Source: the human T2T-CHM13v2.0 reference genome, Homo sapiens
NCBI RefSeq assembly: GCF_009914755.1
Contig: NC_060929.1
Length of the DNA: 64,000 bases
Direction: 5' to 3' (one strand)
Under the pieces are notes generated by a model that saw nothing but the letters and a program-made list of their open reading frames with translations, did not search any database and was not told where the DNA came from. The position numbers and the translations under genes were made by a program. Position 1 is the stretch's first letter, and the number at the start of each line of letters is the position of its first letter. Positions 1 to 12,988 of this stretch are shown here, piece after piece.

Positions 1-250
1 AACACCGGCACGTTCTCACTCATAAGTGGGAATTGAACAATGAGAACATATGGACACAGGGAGGGGAATATCACACACCGGGGCCTGTTGCGGAGTGGGA
101 GCTAGGGGACAGATAGCATTAGCAGAAATACCCAACGTATATGATAGGTTGATGGGTGCAGCAAACCACCATGGCACGTGTATACCTATGTAACAAACCT
201 GCACATTCTGCACATGTACCTCAGAACTTAAAATATAATGAAAAAAATTT
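1..250 (+). mobile_element. L1PA 3' end
   Basis: ttctcactcataagtgggaattgaacaatgagaac...acctgcacattctgcacatgtacc plus A-rich tail. Confidence 0.92.
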
Positions 251-1944
251 ACCCAGAACAACAAGAAAATTTGTTCTCTGCATCATTTTAACTTAAAATA
301 TCTATTTTTATGAAGTTCGCTACTGCCTTTTAAATTGTTCAAATATATTTTGGGACACTTTGAAAATTCCTTTCTGAAAGACTTTTGGTTCGATGTGTTA
401 AACTAGAGTCCCAGCTCTAGGTGCACTTTTTCACTGGGCTTGAGAAGGACATATTGTTCAACATGATTTAAATTATTTGTGAGTATACACAAAGAAAAAA
501 AAAACTAGTGTTTTCTGTTTAGTGCCTTTATATTCTCTTTTAAACCACTATTAAAAATAAAAAGCATGACAATGTTTTTCAATACTTAACTTTTTAATTC
601 ACTAAGTACTATTTTATTCAATTTAATTGCATATTAGATGTATCTTTTCAGTTACATGCAACAGAAAATATTTTTTAAACATTCCTATATAGACATTTTC
701 TGTGCTATTTACACAGTACAGAAAGCCCTCAATGAGAATTTAGGCACATATGCTTACAAAGGAAAAAATTATAATTATTAGAAAGTATGTCAAAATAAAT
801 CCATGATCCTTGATTTAAATAAAACTAAAGATTATGATCATATTTCTTTCTTTAAAAGTACAAAGACAGTTAATAAAATGTGATAGTTACAAACATGTAT
901 GTTTGTAACTATGATTTTGCAGCATTAAATAGTATTGTTACATATGTAATAAATCTAACATTGTGCTACATTATTTTCTAAAGTAAATTAAAAATTAAAT
1001 AGCAAAATCAGTTTTTATAAACAAAGTTTTTGAACATAATAAGCCAACACATAAAAATAATATACATAGTTGTTGCAGGTTAATCTTGTGATTAAAAGTA
1101 ATTTTGACAACATTATTCATGAATTATTTTCACTGACTTCATAAGAAAATTTTATCATAAAAGCACAATCACACATTCATGATTCACTGAGAATCACACA
1201 GACATTATTATTATGACACATGAATCAGAAGATATGCAAGCCCAAAGAATTCTCGAGTGCATTCCATAGGCCAGCAAAAACATGACTTTCTTTGCCAGCT
1301 TCTCTTACAATCTGTGAATCATACTTTTGAATGCCAATAAATCTCAACCTATTAGATGCTTTTGGAAATTAATAAAACTTTAAGCTTACTAAACTGTCTC
1401 ATTATAGGCAGTTTATAGTGAGACTCTCCTGACATTTACTTAAAATGGCTATTTCCCTATGTTTACTACTAAAAATGGCTATTTCCCTGAAAGTTGATTT
1501 TTGTTTATCATTTACTTGTTGCAGATGCTACTGCTGTGTCTATGGCAGACTATCCATAATGTACTTAAATTCTCTCTGCAGGCTAAATGTACGACCAGAG
1601 ACTATTTTCTGCCTGTTGTCCTGGGGAAATCATAAATAGCACCTTCTTTCACTTTCAGTGGTTGGATGATAAATTTTATGGCCACCCTCCCAATTTATAA
1701 GTAAAATTACAAAAAAAAAAAAAAAAAAGAAAGAAAGAAAGAGTGCTAAGGCAAATAAATGTGTCTTGATTCCCCAGCACCACTATAGGGATACAAGAGT
1801 GGCAAAGCATGGATTCCATAAAAATTCCATGGAATTTATGATATAACTGACCAGTTGAAAGGAATAAAATTGATATTAAAAAATACAGATTATAGATAAT
1901 AGCCTCATTTTCTAAGAAGCATGTAACTTGCAGGCCAAAGCTGT

Positions 1945-2200
1945 TCAACGTGGTGGTTAATCCTAGGTTCTTCAGGAGGACTCCGTGAATGTGAATCTCA
2001 GCTCTAAACACTTACAGGCAGGGTGACTTAAGGCAGCTTACCTAATCTCTCTAAGCTGCAGTTTCCTCATCTATTAAAAAAGTAGATATTAACTGTTTTT
2101 ATAGCATAGGACCACTGTGTGGATTAAATGAACAAAACATGTCAAAGCAATTTGCACAGTGCCCATCATATGCCATGCACTCAATGTCAGTTATTATTAT
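1945..2200 (+). mobile_element. MIR
   Basis: Core motif cagtttcctcatct...gtgtggattaaatga...gcacagtgcc. Confidence 0.75.
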
Positions 2201-2799
2201 CCTTAGTGAAGCAGAATTCAATTGGTAAACAGGGCATGTAACTGACTTTCTGGATACAGTGCAGATACATTCCTAAGTATCATATGAAAGAAGGGTCTAT
2301 AGTTCCATTTTCTTTTTCTCAATACTAGAGTAGGATAAATTCATGGTTAATTAATAAAAATCAAAATAGACATTACATAAATCTGTATAACTTAAGATTC
2401 TAAAATAATTGAGTCACTCTTCTATTTTTCATTCATTCAATAAGTATTTATTCAGAATATAGTACAAGTAGGTCACTTTGCCTTTAATTAATACTGCAAC
2501 ACATACTTGAACTTATTTCCACCTATAGATGAACAATACTAATGAGGAATAAGTCCCCAATTCTTTGCATAAATTTGTTCGATTAGACAAAATGAAAGAA
2601 ATGCTTTCAGTGATCAAAACTAAACTATGAAACTGTGAAAATAATTATACCTTTTAAGATTAAATTTTGAATTGGATCTGAGATATTCTGAAGTATACTG
2701 GCAGGGGAAAGTGGAATGAGGTTAGTGGAGTGAACACAAACATCAACTCTCTACAGTATGATGTAAAGAAATACAATCACTAAATTTTGGGGGGAACAG

Positions 2800-3078
2800 A
2801 TACAGAGTCTTCCTCTGTCTCCCGGGCTGAAGTGCAGTGGCAATCATAGCTCAGTGCAGCATCAAACTCCTGGGCTCAAGTAATCCTCCCGCCTCAGCCA
2901 CCCAAGTAGCTGGAACTACAGGCAAGTACCATGCCTGGCTAATTTCTTTTTTATTTTTAGTAGAGACAGGGTCTTACTATGTTGCCCAGGCTGTTCTCAA
3001 GTTCCTATCCTCATGTGATCCATCCTCCTTGGCCTCCCAAAGTTCTGAGATTATAGATGTGAGCCACCATGCAGCCTA
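2800..3078 (-). mobile_element. Alu (J-like)
   Basis: Diverged dimeric Alu, antisense. Confidence 0.88.
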
Positions 3079-3334
3079 AAATTCTTTACATTTAAAATCA
3101 ATGCATTATGTTATTAGAATAAAGGATAAAAATAAGGTTTGCATTTGTACTGTCCATGAAACATGAAGAACAAGGGAAATTTAAATAAGTTGAAAGCAAC
3201 GTAATCTGTGTAATAGTTTAGGAATTAGAACTCATTTTGCTCACAAGACACTAATTCACTATTACAGAAAATATGACTGGACCTTTATACTATTCTATGT
3301 GTTTTTCAAAGTAAAAGAAGCAAATACTGAAGTT

Positions 3335-6300
3335 ATAAAAGCTTGTTTTTCTTTATTAGAATACTTTTTTCAATTCTGATTTGTCACAATTTAGATTCTT
3401 TTTCTAAGAATAAGCAGAAATTTACAAAATTTAATTTTTATTTATACATTCATCCGTTCAATACACATTTCAAGAAAGCTGTATTGCACCCTTTCAGTGG
3501 TAGTTACAGGACAAAGAAACAAAATAATCCAAGAGAGAGACCAACAAATGTATATTTATAACACAGAGTAATAAACACAAATAAATGTGGAGTTATTTAA
3601 GCATGTAAGATGGTACATGCTCTACCAGGTATGGGGGCTTCTCTAAGACACAAGATCAGATTAAAGTCTTGAAAGATAATCTGGGGTTAGTCAAGCAGGT
3701 AGAAGTGTGAAGAGCACTTTCTGAGCGGAATCTCCATGTGCCAAGTCTAGTTCAAGAGACTGGATAGAGATTAGCAATTTGGAGAATGCAATATTAAGAA
3801 ATGGCAAAGGTGAGCCTACAGAGATTCCAAAGTTGCATAGTGAGGTTTGTGTTTGAGAAAGTGGACTCAGGCAGCCACGCAAAAGAGGGATTAATAGAAA
3901 AGGAGACTGAGGTAGGAAAATCAAGGCATTAGCTGTTGCAGCAGGTGTGGGCAGAGTTGGGGAGGCAATGGGATGGATTCATGAGCTATTAAAAAGGTCA
4001 AAGGAGCAGGGATTCATGACCCATAAGTATTAATTAATACAGAAGAAGAAAATATCAGAATGAGTTCTAAATTAGGGCCTGAGCAGCTAGATGTTGGGAT
4101 AATAACAAAAAGACTGCAAAAGGAGAAGATTTACACTTTGGCAAAAAATGTATATGAAAGTATCTGGGAATTTTATGCCATCATTAAATCTACTTATTAT
4201 GCTGAAAATCCTTGTTAGCTGGAAAGACTAAGAGAATTCCCCAAGGTGCCTAATATATAAACTTGGAGTAGTTTTCCTACTTCAACTTTTATGCGGCTTA
4301 TTATTTGCAGTCAATTTATATTTGGTCAATATTAGTTAATTCATTTATCATCTCTGTAAGATTGGTTAATGGAAGCAGATTAAAATCCAACAGTGGTAAT
4401 TTTCTGGAAGTCCTCCAGAGAGACTACAAAAAGCCAAAAGTCAACTTTAATTTTTGAGTACTTTTCCTATTTAAGGTTACTGAGATAAATTGTCTTTGCT
4501 AGAAAAAAATAAACAGTATTGCCAATTAAAAACTCCATTTACTATAGAAATATTCCTGATTATTTTACCTTTGGGAAGCAATGCTTGTTGCTTGAAAATT
4601 GTATGAGCCTCAATGGTTAGTGGTGGTAAAATGGAAGAATGCATACTGCAGATGGGTTACACATTTGTTTGTGTTCTATATTCCAAGTCACAAATACACT
4701 GCTTTGAATTGTATTTAGTCAAACAGCAGATTTGACTAATATTTCCCTGAATTCAAATAGTTTAGATTAATTAAGCTAACTGATTGGTTATCTACCATTA
4801 TATAGATATTACCCAAGTAATGTTGTCAAAATAATAATTAATTAAACTAAAATAAATGTATGGCCCTGAGACCAGAATAAAATGAAAACCAAGAATAAAA
4901 TGAAGTTTGCCATTACCGGGATGTATTCAAGTTCAGCAAACTTATATGTGTAGTTAAGATGCTTTACAACAAAATATTGCATTTTGTTATAGCAACAAAG
5001 TATTGAGCAGCTTCCAAGTCACTACCTTATGTGTATTATTCATACTAGTAATATTGGTAAACATTAGTGATACAATTTTCACTACCAAAATTTTATTATA
5101 TTTTTCTTAGCCAATACATGGAGCAAATTTTTATAAAGTATTTCTTGTCAAATCATTGAATTCCTCCTCCCCAACCTTTAAATTCCCTAGTCGCCAAGAA
5201 TCTTGGGTTCCACACCACCACTCTTTGCTTCTGTTCTTAAAGTTGTTGCCCTTTGAGCAGTGGGACACTTCATGGTCATTTATGTTATCTAGTATCTTGT
5301 GGTATGATTTTAGTATTCATTCAAGCATTGACAACTTTTCATGTTGATTCAGATTTTATAAGATTTGATTACAGTGAGTTTATAAAATATTTCAGTTATA
5401 TATGCAATAGAAACGAAGTATCCTATTTTGGAAGATAAGTCTAAGGCATTCACAGCAATAAAAAAGAAGTGCTTTAGTATTTCTGGACTTCAGTCAAGGG
5501 AATTATTATTGTAAAGCACTAATAATGCAGGTTTAGATATTTAACCAGCCATAGATACCAGGAAGCCAGGTGTTAAATCAAAGAACCAGGAAACCATGAG
5601 CCACAAAAGCATCAGTGTAGCAGTGTTTTAAGTATTACGACTATATGGACCTGCACCCTAAAACATAAACAATGGTGTACCTTATGAAGTTAAAAACCCT
5701 ATTTAAGACTAAGAAGCACTTTAGCCTGGTGGGGAAAGCAGTGGTTATGAGTGGAATAAAGACTGGAAAATTTGCTTTTGTAGTGCAGAGCTTTAGAGCA
5801 AGCACAGTTTTATTTATTTGCCTTAAACCAATATTTCCGGATAAAAGGTATATTTTTCTTGTGGAGATTGTAGAATAACTATCATGAGCAAAGGCAGAAA
5901 GTATTCATTTCAACTTAGTAAAGACATATTTTTTCACTATCACAGAAAGATGACCTTTACATAAAAATTGTTACATATACTTCCATAGATACTAATAGTA
6001 AGTATGATTTTTTTTAAAAAAATAACTTTCTAAGACAAATGGCAAAGGCTTTCTTTTTCATGAATTCTTTGGTTATAAACAGGTTTTGAGTGATTTTTGT
6101 TCTATGAAGTATTAAGTGATTCTGCTGATATCTGTTCTGTGTGTCCTTTGAAGACCAGAATATAATTAATTTTATTCTGGTCTAACATATTTATTCTGAT
6201 TTACATTGCTTTTATGTAACATAATTACAGAATGAAAATATACCTTTAGATCTGACATATATCGTTGATGAAGCTCCTGCTGAGCATGTTGCATAAGCTT

Positions 6301-6409
6301 TTCATCCTTTTAAAACTAAAAACTCAGAGGCTCTTAACAGGAAGGATAAACAAAGCTGAAATACGAACTCTGTATATCTTCCAATGATTCTCGACATGAT
6401 GTTTTGTAT
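3335..6409 (-). other. EMB: EMB 3'UTR (~3.1 kb, AU-rich)
   Basis: Runs from the stop codon to an AATAAA at 3357-3352 followed by a U/GU-rich tract on the minus strand; the 3' end is inferred. Confidence 0.7.
3352..3357 (-). terminator. Candidate distal polyadenylation signal AATAAA
   Basis: tttatt on + at 3352-3357; U-rich downstream element (cttcttttactttg) on the minus strand. Confidence 0.65.
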
Positions 6410-6427
6410 TCACTGGCCCAGAGACTC
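6410..6427 (-). CDS. EMB: Embigin exon 9 coding part (ESLGQ-stop)
   Basis: Acceptor ttatttaactcag|GAG; TGA at 6412-6410. Exon lengths sum to 984 nt = 327 aa plus stop with no disablement. Confidence 0.95.
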   Translation of the reverse strand, partial: ESLGQ

Positions 6428-6995
6428 CTGAGTTAAATAAAGCATAATCAAATATAATTAGTATGTTCTGGTTATTTTATAGTAACTTACTATCACTTTA
6501 GCAAAGCAAAAAATACTGGGAAGTGAGGGATCCAATCTACTGCCAAAACAGAGCTCCTACTCTAATGTTGATGAACTAAAAATTTTGAATCTAATCAGCA
6601 AAGAAAGTTAGCTTATATGCATAAGTTTATACCCCCAAATATATGGGAATAAATGAAACTAAAATAACAGAAAATCCAGAAAATTTTAGAGGAAAACAAA
6701 TAAAGCTACATGAAAAATTGTAAAAGAAACTAGTCCGTGGTGATAAAATAAAATATGTAGCCAGTGCAAAAGATTTACTTCTAGATTAGTTGCTATGTGC
6801 CCTCTGGTGGAAAATGATTTATTTTTGTATAACTATACTGTATATTTTCCCCTATAATAGTGTTAACAAGCATATTTGAGCACATCATAAATGACCAGAT
6901 CTTTTATGGAACTAAAAAAAAGTAACTGATTGATAGATAGCCTATGTATATTGAATTTGACCTTTTATTTGGAATATCATTCAGAAGTAACTTAC

Positions 6996-7050
6996 ATTTT
7001 TTCTATGCCTGGGGACATTATTTTCTATACCATTGCTATCATCTGATTTC
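6996..7050 (-). CDS. EMB: Embigin exon 8 (KSDDSNGIENNVPRHRKN)
   Basis: 55 nt; acceptor ttttctgtgcag|G; donor AAT|GTAAGT. Confidence 0.95.
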
Positions 7051-7583
7051 CTGCACAGAAAACAAAAAAGAAAATTACTAAATGCTTATATTATATAAAA
7101 TTAAGTCAGTACATCACTGATATGGCTATCAGGTTAAAATGTAAAATGTCAATACGGACAGAATTCTTTCTTCCTAAAAATGTTTTACTTACAATGTTGA
7201 ATTTATTTTATGGCATTGCTTGAAGAGGAGCTGTTACCACAAATGATAGTGACAAAGGCTTGTTGATTTTATGCACAGGGAGAATTGCTTCTCCCCAAGC
7301 ATGAGTGAGGACTTGGGCGTAAAGACCATAACTTATGTGTGGTTTTGGAAACATGCAAGGTAATAGCCAATTAGGAGGTCAGCCAACATGTGTGATATTG
7401 GTGCTATACATTTGTATGCTTATTACACTGAAATAGAGGTTAAAAATGGTTCTTTTTCCACCCAAAGTTTATCAGAGCAGGACTACAAATGTGGGCCTCA
7501 GATTCTAAAGATTGACGGAAACTAAATAACCAGTATGCATAATGAATACCTTGCCCTTCAAGGTCTTGGGGGCAGGCTTCAAT

Positions 7584-7777
7584 TATCAAATCATAATGCA
7601 TATTATAAGACAGTGTTACTTACAATTAACTGATAATTAATATTTTCTAAAAAAAAAGAAATCCCACGAGTGCTTGTTTTTCTTTTGTGTGTACTCTTCA
7701 AAAGCAGAATAATGGCCACTAAGAAAACACCTCAGCAACTATTGCAAGAAATGGTTTGAGGGACATCAAGAAGCTCA
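7584..7777 (-). pseudogene. Degenerate duplicate of the 3' half of exon 6 (TM segment) with its donor and proximal intron
   Basis: Aligns by eye to 10222-10430; reads MSFLMSLKPFLAIVAEV then frameshifts; keeps the GTGGGA donor and poly-T tract. Confidence 0.92.
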
Positions 7778-8877
7778 TTGTTCTGAATGATTTCAAGTGC
7801 CCTTGATATTTGTATACAATCTAAAGATAGTGAAATAACCTGAAGAAAAACTAAACACCTTCAGTGATCCTTATGGTGCTATACAAGATGAGCAAAATGA
7901 TGTACATTGATCCAATTTTCAGAAAAATAATTCATCTTTTACACTATATATTGAATCCATTTTACATTGTTCAGAAGTGATGGTCCATTCCACACTGTTC
8001 TGGTACCATCCTTTCAGAGTGTGTTTTAAATCAGAATGCAACTTCCAAATGTGAGCTCAGAAGAATGGTTAGAGACAGTGGGAGGCAGAGCTCGGAGAAT
8101 AGAGGAATCCGAGCAAGGTTCTGTTTTCAAATATGTCAATGACTGTCACGTTTGTTATATGATGCTAAGAACAAGAAAAACGCCAATACGTGGAAATAGG
8201 AAAGATTAAAAGTTCAAATCAACATAAATAAGATGTCTATGTTCTCCAGAAAGAGAAGGGATTCTCTTGGGAGAGATACAATTCCCTTCCAACTATGGGA
8301 GTCTATGATTCTAAGACAACATTGCTTTTCTCTATCTGGTGTTATAGGATTTCTGATGTAGTTATTTTGTGCCCTTAACTTGGAAGCTCATATCATATTG
8401 GTTTATTTTAGCAGCCTATGTGAATGGAGTCAACATGATTATTTGAATAATGTCTACAAACATCTAAATGACAACTGTCTGCTCCACTCCTGCTATCCAT
8501 GCCTGTAACACTCACTCCATAGAGCTCCTGTTGGCTGATAAACTCTAAGTGCCATTTTGTGTTAGTTATAGTTGCTCAGGCCTTCCACTTCTCAGGTTTC
8601 TTGCAGCAACTTTAATCTAGCCTCATTTTCCTGGACTCCAGCCCTTGGCTCTATTGTTCAGGCTTTAATCCCAGTCTTGGACACCTCTGTCACTGGCCTC
8701 CATACTCAGTTCTCTGGCTTCGAGGAATTCGGAACTCCCATCTTTGCCAAACTAAATTACATCCCTGGTGATTTTATTTCCAGACCTCCTCATGCTTAAC
8801 TCTAAACAAAGGCTGTGTAAGAGAACCTGTGGCACAATTTGTGTTCTCTGAATAATAATAACTAATAGAATTCTAGG

Positions 8878-9060
8878 CCAGTGATTTTCAACAGACAGAG
8901 GATCAAAACCATTTGTAGATGTTTTCAAGAAATAACAGATGCCATAGCCCCAACCCAAGAGGTTCTGATCCAGGAGATTCAGCAAGGTCTGAGCAACTGT
9001 ATTTTTTTAAAGAGGCTCTTAAGTGATCAAAAATTGCCAGGCTTGAGAACTATTGCTTTA
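8878..9060. mobile_element. MER5-like hAT remnant
   Basis: cagtgattttcaa...ttgagaactattgc termini. Confidence 0.55.
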
Positions 9061-9422
9061 AAAATAATAATATTAAATACTTCCTGATGGTTACTGCACA
9101 CCTTCTGTGCACCATAACCTATGCTATGCATTTACACATATATAATATTCATTCCATCCAACAACTTCATATGGTGAGTACTATTATTAAATCCATTTTG
9201 TAGAGAAGAAAGCTGAAGTACAGAGAAGTGCAGGTAGTAAGTGATGAAGAAGAATTCTCACGCAGGTAGGCAGACTTGGAAAGCCACTTTCCACCACCAC
9301 GTGGACATATACAGAAAATACTCCTCTGCCTTTTCTCCCCCTAACTGCAAACATTTCATTCAATTTTATGTTTCCCTGTATTTTACCCAAGTGAAAATTA
9401 ATCTGTAAAAAATAATACTTAC

Positions 9423-9456
9423 AGCTGTTCAATCTGCTCAAATTCTTTCCCCTCAT
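9423..9456 (-). CDS. EMB: Embigin exon 7 (DEGKEFEQIEQL)
   Basis: 34 nt; acceptor ttttgttacacag|AT; donor GCT|GTAAGT. Confidence 0.95.
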
Positions 9457-10316
9457 CTGTGTAACAAAAGAAGAATTTGACTATGAAGTTGGTTTGTCAC
9501 TTTTATGGAACATATATGCTCAATTAAACCTCCTTCCTAAGTAAGTAAGTACTATGCTGTTTCTCCTGTTTGGAATGAAGGAGAGACATGCTACCTTAAA
9601 CACCTGTACACCTCCTTTATCTGCACTACAGACCTTATCTGCATTTCTGATCAAACATAGTTTAGTGGCCTGGTATTTTCAAAAACATGACTGCTTAGTT
9701 TGTCATTATTTAAATCATTAAAAATTTAGTATAAAATCAGGAAAGAATACAGGACGTAAGGTCAATTTTCTAGAGGATTACTGCTTTATCAACCTGTAAC
9801 CCATCAGGCACAGGCCGCAAAAATAGGACATGACAGGATGGTCTCTCTTTAATGAGAACTCTGGAATGGTTAATAAAATATTTTTTTAAATGATAATCTA
9901 AGTGAAAGAAAAATTGTTTCTTTTAGACTTTTTATATTAAGCTATCATAGATTTTTCTAATATTCCAGTGCCAGAATACATATCACCTAATTGGTACTTA
10001 GGTACCAGTAGCACCAAAAAAAAAAAAAAAAAAAAAAAGAGGGGGGTGGTGGGGGAAGAGAAAGAAAAAAGGCATTTTTAATACTAAGTTTTTTCAGGAA
10101 TTGAAACAGGAAGACCATGGGTATATGTTTCCAGCTCACTGTCACCATTGTTGTAAACCTAAATACTGCTCCAAATAAGAAAATGAAGATTTTCCCCAAA
10201 AATCCTAAAGTCATTGCAATGTATCAAATCATAATCCATATCATAAGTAAATGATACTTATAATTAACTGATAATACTTTCTAAAAAAAAAAAAAAACAA
10301 AAAAAAGAAATCCCAC

Positions 10317-10593
10317 CTGAGTGCTTCTTTTTCTTTTGTGTGTACTTTTCACAAAGCAGAATGGTGGCCACTAAAAGAATCACCTCAGCCACTATTACAA
10401 GAAATGGTTTGAGGGGCACCAAATAGCTCAGCACCACAAGCTCAATGTGTTCTTCACTCTCGCCTAATTGGAATAGTGCACGGCACCAGTAAGATTCCCC
10501 ATCTTCCTCCAAAAGTTGTGTTATCTTCAGCTTTGTTTCGTTAGCATATGTTCCATTGATCACATATTTATTCATTTGAACACCAACAGGAAC
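10317..10593 (-). CDS. EMB: Embigin exon 6 (end of Ig2, transmembrane helix with the basigin-family intramembrane Glu, basic stop-transfer KKKKH)
   Basis: 277 nt; acceptor atattag|GTT; donor CAG|GTGGGA; DGESYWC motif and LKPFLVIVAEVILLVATILLC helix. Confidence 0.97.
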
Positions 10594-12860
10594 CTAATAT
10601 GAGGAGACATTAAAATCCATTCCTATCATAGCACATAAAAGATACATGACATAGTTTTTCAGTGAAAGCTATAAGATAATGCCAACAATATTGCTTACTA
10701 GAGAAAGGCATATTAAAGTTTGTGAGAGGTTATCTATAACAGACTTAAGTCTTATCAGAGTTTGATCTCCCAGGGAGCAAACAAAGAAAAAATATATACA
10801 TTGCTATAAGGATTTAGCAGTGAATGTTTAAAACTACAAAGAAGCAAATAGGTCATCATGAATAAATATTATAGAAGAATTAAAAACAGAAAAATCCCAA
10901 TCATCTGAGTCTCACATTCCTATCCTTGCCTAGTGCTTTAAAGTACTTTTTCCTTCACAAGCACAGGCACATATTCAAACAACTACCACCCCGGAAGCTA
11001 CTATTTCTGATCATTTCTATAAAGGAAAATCGCTCACTCAGACAATGTGATTTCCCCAGGCTAGAAATGAAGATGAAACTCTCAGGCTTTTGGAGCTGAT
11101 GTAGATAGAATGGAGGGGACCCTCTGTGAGCCTGGGATCCGAAGTGAACTGCACACCTTCTGTCTTTTCATATCTGAATTTCTTTCTCACTCAGATAACC
11201 TGGCTTCTAAGATTTGCTGGGTTTTCCACAGCCTCACAAGGTGCCATATTAAGCTATTTGGGGCTGTTTTATTTAATCTATTTAAATTAAATTTTATTCC
11301 CAAGCCATTTGATGCTTTTCCTGCTCCATCACTCAACCGTGCTATTCAATAAATGCTAATCTGCATACAAATATTCTCAGAGCTTATCCAAGGAATAATT
11401 ATCTGTGAGTATATTATTCGTGCAAAAAAAATTACAGCAACCTGGCACCATGTGCACAACACTGCCTGGAATGTTTGGTACAGATTGGTCAGAGCTAATC
11501 AATCAAAGTACCATATTTTTAATAAGTACCCAGCTGATTCTGATGCACATGGTTGGTCTACATTTTGAAAAGGCACTTGTGCTCAAGTTTTGACCTGCAT
11601 CCTATTCCCCAAACTTTTCTCACATCCTAATAAGACTCATGCTTAGAGTCAAATTAAGAGGATAATGACTAGTATAGCAATGGACAAAAGCACTGGTACG
11701 TCTAAAACGACATTTTCAACATCTGATATAATTAGATGAAGGCTAATGTTTTTCACATATTGTTGTACCACATACACATCAATAAATAAAGCTGTGTATT
11801 TCAAATACCATAGTTGACATTTGTTTTTACAAAATTACACTTTTTAAAAAAAAATTACATATACACAATGACTGCCTTTCCTCATCATCCATCAGAAGAC
11901 ATAAAGGAGTAGGAATGGCTTCAGTCTGCATCTATGGGATTTGGTTGGAACTATTTCATTGAAAAACTAAACCTGTTAGCACAGAATAAGTCACACTCCC
12001 TTCTGAATCATCTGTCATCCTTCAATAGTCTATAATAACACCAATTTTGCCTAAGAAGGAATTTAATATTTCATTGTAACATCTACACTGTCTCACATGT
12101 TCCTTCTACAATTATAGCTTGCCTTTAACGGGACTTTAATTGTAATGCTTCTTAGTGCCAGGGCAAAGGAAGGGTGTCTCTTAAAGGACAATGTCCTAAA
12201 TTTTCCTGCCATTAGAGGCTATTTGGGGAGAAGAAAGGAAACCAGAAATTATTTATAAAATACTCATGTTTTTCTTAATATCAGCTCTTTGAATAGCGAT
12301 TTCTCTCAGTAAAAAAGGAATTAAAAGTATTTGGCTTCTCTCAGGTAGCTTGAAAAGGCCAATGACACTTTCTGATAGAACCTAAGATGTAAGATTAAGT
12401 TACAAAGTTTTCATTATTTTCTCAAATAGTGCCACTATTTTGCATTCTATCACAGATGTTTCAGGAGACAGAAGCCCAAAAAGATGTCTAGCATTTTTTC
12501 TAGTTACTTTCATGGAATGATTTTTAAAAAGAATATTTTCTAATGGGGTTATTTCTAAACTAGGCAACTACACACAAAATGTAATTTCTTTTCAAAGAAT
12601 GTAATTAAATTGTTAAACCTAAAAAACAAACTACCAGCTAATGAAACGTTAAGAGTATCTTCATATGTATAACGTAAACATGCCAAAAACCATCAAATGA
12701 CAACTCTGTTTGTCACTGCTCTTTCTTTATGAACATAAGCTAAACAACAAGATAACAAAAGTATAAATCATCTTAGGAATGCTGAGTCTGTTACAATCTT
12801 GTTATTTTTTAAATAAATGTTTTCTGTTGTTGTTTTCTTCAAATCAAGGAACTATCTTAC

Positions 12861-12988
12861 CTTTACACTCCCATTACTACTGTACCAGGTCCAATTTAAA
12901 GGAAAACAATTTTGACATTTACATGTCAAGACAGTAGAATCCCCTACGTAAGAGATCAATGGCTTGTTTTTCCCATGAAGTTCAGGGA
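12861..12988 (-). CDS. EMB: Embigin exon 5 (second Ig domain, VPELHGKNKPLISYVGDSTVLTCKC...NGSVK)
   Basis: 128 nt; acceptor ttttattctcag|TC; donor AAG|GTAAGA; frame continuous. Confidence 0.97.

Noticed and set aside
6425-6430. CAGGAG tandem acceptor at exon 9
   Set aside because: GAG is rarely used as an acceptor and the effect would be one residue.
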